A stretch of 24,000 bases of DNA from positions 82,857 to 106,856 of the forward strand of contig SFDE01000008.1 in assembly GCA_004558805.1 (NCBI GenBank), in the 5' to 3' direction. The position numbers were made by a program, and so were the translations under genes. Below, in pieces: positions 18,277-24,000 of this stretch (position 1 is its first letter; each line of letters opens with the position of its first letter). The stretch comes from Faecalibacterium prausnitzii (GTDB taxonomy: Bacteria > Bacillota > Clostridia > Oscillospirales > Ruminococcaceae). The notes under the pieces are model-generated. The model saw only the letters and a list, made by a program, of their open reading frames with translations. It was not told the DNA's origin and did not search any database.

Positions 18277-19624
18277 TCAGACTGCTGCACGCAGTTTTTT
18301 GTTTGCTTCTTCGACATTCATACGAGAGAGAATGAAGGTGATGATGGCATCCAGAGCAAACGGAATCACCAGATACATGATCTTCAGCATATTGATGCAG
18401 GAATCCGGCTGAACGGTCAGAGCGCTGTCAAAATGGCTTGCTGCCAGCAGCCAGCCGGTGATGGCAGTACCCAGACCGCCGCCCAGCTTCACACCGAGAG
18501 AAGTGCAGGAGTACATCGTGCCATCCACGCGCTTGTGCTTCGTCAGCCAAGTGTACTCGGAGCAGGCTGCGATCACAGCGTTCATATCGCCCTGCCAAGG
18601 ACCCTGACCCAGAGCAGCGATTGCTGTAAAGAGCAGCATCAAGGTCACATTGCCGCTGCCCATGTAACCAGCTACAGCAACCAGTGCACGAGAAATCGTT
18701 GCCAGAGTATAGCTCATTACATTCAGCTTATACATTCCATTCCACTTTGCAACCAAGGTCGGGGTGAACACCAGTGCGATGATCAGAGGAATGTTGATTG
18801 CCCAAGAGAATACACCGAACAGATTCTGGTTGCCAAGGATGTAGGTTGCATAGTAGGTGCCCATGCTGATCATGGCACCGTAGATCTGCTGCAAAATGTA
18901 GGTGACGCAAATCATCATATAATATTTGTTACCAGCAAGCAGCTTTGTAGCCTGAACCAGATTGTACTTTTCGTCCTGCTCGATTTCCTTTTTGTCGGTG
19001 GTATCCACCAATTCGCCTTCCGGCAGTTCCTTCACGGAGAAAACGGAGAGGGTGTTGACAAGCAGACCGATGATGGCGTAGATGATTGCAACAGTGCGCC
19101 AACCGGCAGCACCACCGCCCAATGCCGTAACAGCACCCAGCGTGATGGACTGGATGAGCAGGCTGGTGGCAAAGGCGAACATGAAACGCCAAGAACCCAT
19201 CTCGACCTGTTCGGCACTGTTCTTCGTGACCAATGTTGTTGGCAGTGTAGAACACAGCATTCAGCAGAGTATACGCGATCAGGAACCATGCGTACTGTGC
19301 AAACTGTCCCAGATTGGTCGGAATCGCGAAGATTGCCACCAGCGTAATGGCACAGCCAATGTAGCCGTACAGCATCCAAGGACGGGCTTTGCCCATTTTG
19401 GAGTGAGTTTTGTCAATCAGAGAGCCGAAGAAAATGTCCGTCACACCGTCCAGCAGCTTGGAAACTGCAATCAGAGTACCGACAATACCGGGGTTCAGGC
19501 CAACGGTGTTGGTCAGATAGATCATGACGAAGGAGGACAGGAATGCATACACCACGTTGCCTGCAATATCGCCTGAACCATAGCCGACTTTATTATACCA
19601 CTTTAGATAACGTTTCTCAGTCAT
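18277..19624 (-). pseudogene. GPH-family (glycoside-pentoside-hexuronide:cation symporter, MelB/LacS/YicJ-like) sugar permease with a disrupted reading frame
   Basis: The N-terminal half runs from ATG 19624 (GGGAGA upstream): MTEKRYLKWYNKVGYGSGDIAGN..KARPWMLYG..LLNAVFYTANNI. It then reads out of frame (GHEEQCRT..). The C-terminal half continues in another frame from about 19233: LVTKNSAEQVEMGSWRFMFAF.. to the stop at 18277. The junction is near 19225-19240. Confidence 0.8.
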
Positions 19625-19738
19625 TGTGCTTTCTCCCATCTTGCTTGTTTTGTGCGGGCGCGACCAATCTGCTGCGCACTTCAGACTGGAATTCTCATTA
19701 CGCAAGTTGCCCAAATCTCTTGCGTTTCGTCTGAAAAT

Positions 19739-19792
19739 ATTATAGAATCTAATGGAACGAAAAGATATAGACAAGATGGAACAAAATATGCA
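19739..19792 (-). promoter_or_regulatory. Candidate activator-dependent promoter of the permease-lacZ operon with two direct-repeat sites
   Basis: On the minus strand there is a TATAAT -10 (19744-19739) with no recognisable -35. The direct repeats ATGGAACGAAAA (19752-19763) and ATGGAACAAAAT (19776-19787) match at 10 of 12 positions and start 24 bp apart. The proximal repeat covers the -35 position, and the regulator gene is divergent. Confidence 0.4.
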
Positions 19793-19873
19793 CAAAATCA
19801 AAGAGTTTGTAATTTTTTGATAGAACATTTCTCAAATCACTGTAAAATCTCTGAAGATGAGGAGGACGCAGGG

Positions 19874-20737
19874 ATGTATTTCAACTCAGGGTATTTGAAC
19901 AACTCCCGTTTGGATTTCAAAGACTACTCAAAGCCGCTGGTCGTAGGCAGTTGCGGCACTTATCGCTTGAAAAAACGCCCTACGCTACCTACTTTTTGGG
20001 CAAAGGGTCGCAGAGACTATCAAATCCTCTATGTGGCATCTGGTAAAGCACACTTCTGGTTCGATGGTGTTGAGGAAGTGGTGACTTCTGGACACATGGT
20101 GCTTTATCAGCCGAAAGAAATCCAGAAGTATGTCTACTATGTAGAAGATCATCCAGAGGTGTTCTGGATTCACTTTACAGGATATGATGTCAAAAACATC
20201 CTGAACTATCACGGAATACCATTGGACAAGCACGTTTTTTACAGCGGCACACTGCCGGATTACAAAATGCTGTTCCGAAAGATCATCCGGGAACTGCAAC
20301 AATGTGAATATGGCTATGAAGACTATATTGCTTCTCTCTTCAACATCATTCTGCTTTTAGTAAGCAGGCAACAGCAGGAAAGCGAGAAAACAACTACAAG
20401 CATCCCCGAAGAAATCGAAGCCGCCGTTGCCTACTTTAACGAGAATTATAATACAAAGGTCAGTGTGGACGGTTACGCAGAATCGCTGCATATCAGTACG
20501 AACTGGTTTATCCGTAATTTTAAGCTGTACATGAAAATAAGTCCTGCACAATACATCCTGTCCCTTCGGATGGTAAATGCACAAAGCTTATTGGAGAACA
20601 CCGAATACAATATTGGAGAAATTGCAGAGATCGTAGGGTATGATAACCCACTCTATTTTAGCCGGGTATTCAAGAAAGAGTATGGCGTCAGTCCGGCACA
20701 GTACCGAAAGAATCTGGAAGAATCTACTGAAAAATGA
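19874..20737 (+). CDS. AraC/XylS-family transcriptional regulator (N-terminal cupin-like sensor, C-terminal double HTH)
   Basis: ORF track 19652..20737. I trimmed the start to ATG 19874 (GAGGAGGA upstream). The C-terminus (ISPAQYILSLRMVNAQSLLENTEYNIGEIAEIVGYDNPLYFSRVFKKEYGVSPAQYR) is a canonical AraC HTH. Confidence 0.9.
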   Translation: MYFNSGYLNNSRLDFKDYSKPLVVGSCGTYRLKKRPTLPTFWAKGRRDYQILYVASGKAHFWFDGVEEVVTSGHMVLYQPKEIQKYVYYVEDHPEVFWIHFTGYDVKNILNYHGIPLDKHVFYSGTLPDYKMLFRKIIRELQQCEYGYEDYIASLFNIILLLVSRQQQESEKTTTSIPEEIEAAVAYFNENYNTKVSVDGYAESLHISTNWFIRNFKLYMKISPAQYILSLRMVNAQSLLENTEYNIGEIAEIVGYDNPLYFSRVFKKEYGVSPAQYRKNLEESTEK

Positions 20738-20770
20738 GAAAGATTCCTTATAAATAAGGAGAGTAGAACC

Positions 20771-21382
20771 ATGCCGATAAAAAATGCGATCCACAGCCAA
20801 CAAGTCTACGACCCAACGGATGAATCCATCATGGCAGAGCAGGAACTTTGCATGGAGCGGCTGTATGATTATAACCACACCCGCCCTTCCGAATACGCAA
20901 AACGGGAGCAGCTTTTGAAAGAAATGCTTGCAGAGTGCGGCGCAGGCTGCTGGATCGAGCCGCCGTTTCACGCCAATTGGGGCGGAAAGCACGTTCATAT
21001 GGGCGATTATGTCTATGCCAACTTCGGGCTGACCTGCGTGGATGATACCCATATCTACATCGGGGAGCACACCATGATCGGCCCGAACTGTGTCCTTGCA
21101 ACCGCAAACCACCCGATCCTGCCGGAACTGCGTGAGAAAGCATACCAGTACAATCTGCCCATCCGCATTGGACGCAACTGCTGGCTGGGTGCTGGCGTGA
21201 TCGTGGTGCCGGGTGTTACCATTGGGGATAATACGGTGATCGGTGCGGGAAGCGTTGTGACAAAGGACATTCCTGCTAACGTAGTGGCGGTAGGAAATCC
21301 ATGCCATGTGCTGCGCCCCATCAGCGAACACGACAAAGAGTATTTCTATCGGGATCGAAAAATCAACTGGGAAACATTATAA
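20771..21382 (+). CDS. Maltose/galactoside O-acetyltransferase (Maa/LacA, left-handed beta-helix hexapeptide family)
   Basis: 203 aa with AAGGAGAG upstream. The N-terminal Mac domain (MAEQELCMERLYDYNHTRPSE) and the hexapeptide repeats IGRNCWLGAGVIVVPGVTIGDNTVIGAGSVV both fit this family. Confidence 0.88.
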   Translation: MPIKNAIHSQQVYDPTDESIMAEQELCMERLYDYNHTRPSEYAKREQLLKEMLAECGAGCWIEPPFHANWGGKHVHMGDYVYANFGLTCVDDTHIYIGEHTMIGPNCVLATANHPILPELREKAYQYNLPIRIGRNCWLGAGVIVVPGVTIGDNTVIGAGSVVTKDIPANVVAVGNPCHVLRPISEHDKEYFYRDRKINWETL

Positions 21383-21454
21383 CATCAGAGAGCCAACGGC
21401 TCCAAAGGAGAAGCTTCTTTCTCACCCGTTCATACGAATCAATTGGAGGCAGCT

Positions 21455-21989
21455 GTGTTGTTTCCTGTGTACTTAAATGTCCTTGAAGATAAAAGCGACG
21501 AAGAACAATTTATAGACGCCTATAATACTTACAAGCGGCTGGTCTATCATACTGCTTACAAAGTCACGGGGGACCCTCATTTGGCAGAGGACGTACTGCA
21601 AGAGGTGTTTTTGTACGTTGCCAAAAATTTTTTCTAAGATTCATCGAGAAAACGGTCACGAACTCGCAGCTTATCTCGTTAGTTGCAGTAGAAGCCGTGC
21701 ATACGATATGCTTCGCAGGCAGCGAGAAGAACCGTTAGAAGAAATCCCAGACGTGCCAGATGATGCCCTGATACCGGATGATGCAGCAGTCAGCACCGAT
21801 AGCATCCAACACCTGACAGAACTGATCGGGCAGATGAAGCCGATGTACCGTGATCCGCTGCGCCTTTTGGCAATGGGCTACACCAACCGAGAAATTGCGG
21901 AATCTCTTGGGTTGACGGATGAAGTGGTTCGGATGCGGCTTTTCCGTGGAAGAAAATTATTGTGGAAGGAGCTGAACAGCCGTGAGTGA
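21455..21989 (+). pseudogene. ECF-type sigma-70 family factor, interrupted by a 1-nt frameshift in an A5T6 tract
   Basis: Region 2 (YKRLVYHTAYKVTGDPHLAEDVLQEVFLYVAKNF) ends at TAA 21635-21637. Region 2.4 to region 4 (SKIHRENGHELAAYLVSCSRSRAYDMLRR..LLAMGYTNREIAESLGLTDEVVRMRLFRGRKLL) continues in the next frame. The start is uncertain: GTG 21455 or TTG 21458, both after GGAGG 21445-21449. Confidence 0.8.
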
Positions 21990-22371
21990 GCGGACAGAGA
22001 TCTCTTTTGATGCTGCGTTGACAATGGCACTCCGTGCAGATGCACAGAAAGAACTGGACGAGCTGCCAACTCCGGCACAGCTAAAAGAACGCTACCCGGA
22101 CACTTTCCGATGGGATGCTTACCTGAAAGCGGCGTTGCATAAACGCCGCCCTATGCTGAAATGGGTGCTTGTTGCGGCCCTGACGCTGGTAATTCTGACC
22201 CTCAGTGCGCTTGCAGTAAGCGCAGACTTCCGCAAGGCGGTCTATACGATGATTCAGAAGTTCCTGTCCATTGAGATGCAGCTGACGTATCAAGTGGATG
22301 GAGAACCGTTGGAACAGCTCCCGAATGGATACAGCGACCATTATGTGCCGGATGGCTTTGTACGAGATTAG
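21982..22371 (+). CDS. Single-pass membrane protein in the anti-sigma position (N-terminal cytoplasmic segment, TM helix, short extracytoplasmic tail), possibly truncated
   Basis: GTG 21982 overlaps the sigma stop (GTGAGTGA). The TM segment is WVLVAALTLVILTLSALAV. The architecture and position match clostridial anti-sigma/DUF4367-type partners, but the ORF stops shortly after the LPNGY.. linker. Confidence 0.5.
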   Translation: MSERTEISFDAALTMALRADAQKELDELPTPAQLKERYPDTFRWDAYLKAALHKRRPMLKWVLVAALTLVILTLSALAVSADFRKAVYTMIQKFLSIEMQLTYQVDGEPLEQLPNGYSDHYVPDGFVRD

Positions 22372-22394
22372 AGTGTATACGAGGAGGTCTCTTT

Positions 22395-22643
22395 ATGTTA
22401 GAGCATTTTTTCAAATCGCTAGTTGCAACAGTTTCTGATCCTTACCAATGCAATCGCATCACGGATGCGTTGGCGGCAGCTGGAATTAAATTCTATTGCA
22501 AATCCAAAGATGTCAATCGGCATAACATATTTGACCAGGCGAGAATTGGAACTCTCGGCATAAAACCGAGGTATGTCACAGAGGTGTTTGTGGACAAAGA
22601 AAATGCTGATATGGCTCTGCACATTATACATACCCTGTCATAA
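22395..22643 (+). CDS. Small hypothetical protein (82 aa) with a possible DUF2007-like beta-alpha-beta fold
   Basis: GAGGAGG lies 8 nt upstream of ATG 22395. The pattern ..VATVSD..QCNRITDALAAAGIKF.....VTEVFVDKENADMALHII resembles the small putative signal-transducing domain family. This assignment is weak. Confidence 0.35.
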   Translation: MLEHFFKSLVATVSDPYQCNRITDALAAAGIKFYCKSKDVNRHNIFDQARIGTLGIKPRYVTEVFVDKENADMALHIIHTLS

Positions 22644-22800
22644 GCCCGGAGTTCCCCTGCGAACAAAACATTCCGATATATAAAAAGGACGCTGCCGCCT
22701 CTGGGTGAGAGGTGATATGTGCCCATGCCATTGTGCTATGCTGAAAATGCACAATAACAGTAGAAACACTCAATCCCTGACTTTCACATAGACACAGCAA

Positions 22801-22840
22801 AAGGCGGTGATCTCCCACAATAAGGGAAGCCACCGCCTTT
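22801..22840. terminator. Bidirectional terminator shared by the sigma operon (+) and the parE operon (-)
   Basis: AAGGCGGTG (22801-22809) pairs with CACCGCCTT (22831-22839), with inner partial pairing. T-rich sequence follows on both strands (TTTGTTG on plus, TTTTG on minus). It lies 6 nt beyond the parE stop. Confidence 0.7.
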
Positions 22841-22845
22841 GTTGA

Positions 22846-23163
22846 TTATCGGATGAGCCAACCGTAATCCTGTCTGCAATCTACCACATAATCTGCATAA
22901 ACCGTATTATCTACGATCTGGAAGATGAGCATATAGCGTTTTTCAAACAAGATAAATCGGTAAGCATTTTTAGGAATGTATTCGCCTTTGAGCCACGGGC
23001 AGCGCTGCGGCATCTGCTCCAAAGATTTTGCAGCCTTTTCAAATTCGACCGTAAGCCGCTCTGCTGCCGCAGGGCTGGTCTGTGCTAGAAATGCGGCATG
23101 GGACACCAGCATCTGAGCAGTCCGTGCTGACACGATCACGCGGTATTTATTTTGTTGCTCCAT
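22846..23163 (-). CDS. RelE/ParE-superfamily type II toxin
   Basis: 105 aa. AAGGAGG lies 9 nt upstream of ATG 23163, inside the antitoxin gene. The size, position downstream of and overlapping a Phd/YefM antitoxin, and the C-terminal pattern (YRFILFEKRYMLIFQIVDNTVYADYVVD) all fit ParE-like toxins. Confidence 0.75.
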   Translation of the reverse strand: MEQQNKYRVIVSARTAQMLVSHAAFLAQTSPAAAERLTVEFEKAAKSLEQMPQRCPWLKGEYIPKNAYRFILFEKRYMLIFQIVDNTVYADYVVDCRQDYGWLIR

Positions 23164-23434
23164 GTCCGGCGGCCTCCTTGATTGCGCTGCGCATCATAGA
23201 AGTGACCTCATCAACCGAATAACCCTCGCTTCCACGCAGCCGGTCCTCTTCCACGGAAAGCAGCTCCTCACGGAGCTTCAGCATTTTTTCACGACGGTTG
23301 TAGGTTTCGATGTCCATGACGACCAAGTCACCCTCGCCGTTCTTGGTGAGAAAAATCGGCTCAGCGGTTTCTCTGCACAAATCAGCAATCTCATTGTAGT
23401 TCTGGCGAATCGCTGCAGATGGACGGATATTCAT
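23147..23434 (-). CDS. Phd/YefM-family type II antitoxin
   Basis: 95 aa with the N-terminus MNIRPSAAIRQNYNEIADLCRETAEPIFLTKNGEGDLVVMDIETY, typical of Phd/YefM. GGAGCAGGAGG lies upstream. It overlaps the toxin gene by 17 nt. Confidence 0.85.
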   Translation of the reverse strand: MNIRPSAAIRQNYNEIADLCRETAEPIFLTKNGEGDLVVMDIETYNRREKMLKLREELLSVEEDRLRGSEGYSVDEVTSMMRSAIKEAAGHGATK

Positions 23435-23484
23435 AAAAGCACCTCCTGCTCCTGTGTGGTCCGTAATAGTAGAATTCTAACTAT

Positions 23485-23513
23485 ATTATACCCATATTGT
23501 ACAATATAGTCAA
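23485..23513 (-). promoter_or_regulatory. Toxin-antitoxin promoter with an embedded palindromic operator
   Basis: The minus strand reads TTGACT (23513-23508), 17 nt, then TATAAT (23490-23485). The perfect 14-bp palindrome ATATTGTACAATAT (23494-23507) fills 14 of the 17 spacer positions. A second 10-bp palindrome, TAGAATTCTA (23470-23479), lies around the expected transcription start. Confidence 0.7.
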
Positions 23514-23682
23514 CTGAGCTATAATGAATTGTATTTACTTTCAGAAGAAAAGGGTTAAATATAGATCTTAGCGCACTTTAACACCCGCATCTGCGCTGGC
23601 GTAATTGTTTGTTGTTCCCGTGGAACCGCCCAATATGAATCCAGAAATCCAGAAACTCTTTATAAACTGAAACGGGTTGCGA

Positions 23683-24000
23683 TTATACTTCATGGTTTTG
23701 GTCATGGGAATATGCGTTAATGGCGGTTCGGTATAAACCGGCACGTTCATCGTTAAAGGAAATCCTGCGTTTTAGCAAATCATCTAGTTTCTGATAAATA
23801 TTTTTATAGATTACCTTATGCGCGGCATTTTGCACCAAAGTATCATCGTATGGATCCATTTCAAATTTATCATCGTCTAAAGCACGCTGTATTAGCTTCA
23901 AAATGTCATCTTTTGTTATGAGGTCAATTGGCTTTTTATCTTTTCCGGATTCATCAAAGAAAAAGAAAACTCGACCATTATCAATTTCCAAATATTTCAT
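23683..24000 (-). CDS. Hypothetical protein in an AT-rich region; the ATG is the last codon of the window, so the true N-terminus is unverified
   Basis: 105-aa ORF (MKYLEIDNGRVFFFFDESGKDKKPIDLITKDDILKLIQRALDDDKFEMDPYDD..). I recognise no family. Its composition differs clearly from the core block. Confidence 0.4.
   Translation of the reverse strand: MKYLEIDNGRVFFFFDESGKDKKPIDLITKDDILKLIQRALDDDKFEMDPYDDTLVQNAAHKVIYKNIYQKLDDLLKRRISFNDERAGLYRTAINAYSHDQNHEV

Noticed and set aside
22624-22833. 69-aa and 77-aa minus-strand ORFs in the region between the DUF2007-like gene and parE
   Set aside because: They start inside, or read through, the bidirectional terminator and run antisense to the small plus-strand genes. 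They have no RBS and no recognisable features.
23162-23509. 115-aa plus-strand ORF antisense to the antitoxin gene
   Set aside because: It has no RBS and overlaps a clearly recognisable Phd/YefM gene and its promoter. It is a shadow ORF.
1-24000. CRISPR arrays, IS elements or transposases, rRNA, intact tRNAs and large direct or inverted repeats flanking the island
   Set aside because: Reading by eye found none. The right-hand island border is apparently outside the window. A computational repeat search is still needed to exclude short att-type repeats.

Overview
The window has two parts. (1) Positions 1 to ~13,650 are a high-GC block (about 60% by eye, not computed) of conserved housekeeping genes. 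The gene content resembles Clostridia of the Oscillospiraceae/Ruminococcaceae type (Faecalibacterium-like); this taxon is only a guess. The genes are an NfnB'/NfnA-like oxidoreductase pair (-), a MOP-family flippase and a CapD-like sugar dehydratase (+), lysA (+), a small membrane protein (+), an RluA-family pseudouridine synthase (-), radC (+) and the overlapping uvrB-uvrA pair (+). (2) From ~13,650 to 24,000 the GC content is lower and patchy, and the block looks like the decayed remains of an integrated element. It begins with a perfect consensus promoter in front of a tRNA-Pro(GGG) whose canonical sequence stops in the T-loop. Next come a tyrosine integrase broken into three frames with internal deletions, an intact GH2 lacZ, a frame-disrupted GPH sugar permease, an AraC regulator, a Maa/LacA acetyltransferase, an ECF sigma factor frameshifted in an A5T6 tract, a short anti-sigma-like protein, a small DUF2007-like ORF, a Phd/ParE toxin-antitoxin pair with a palindromic operator inside a consensus promoter, and AT-rich uncharacterised ORFs that run off the window end. 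I found no CRISPR array, rRNA, transposase or intact tRNA. I do not see a complete, convincing new multi-gene system. The best leads are the fossil tRNA/integrase junction, the sigma/anti-sigma/small-ORF operon, the toxin-antitoxin operator, and the unknown ORFs cut by the right edge. Every functional call comes from reading motifs by eye, and no database search was possible.
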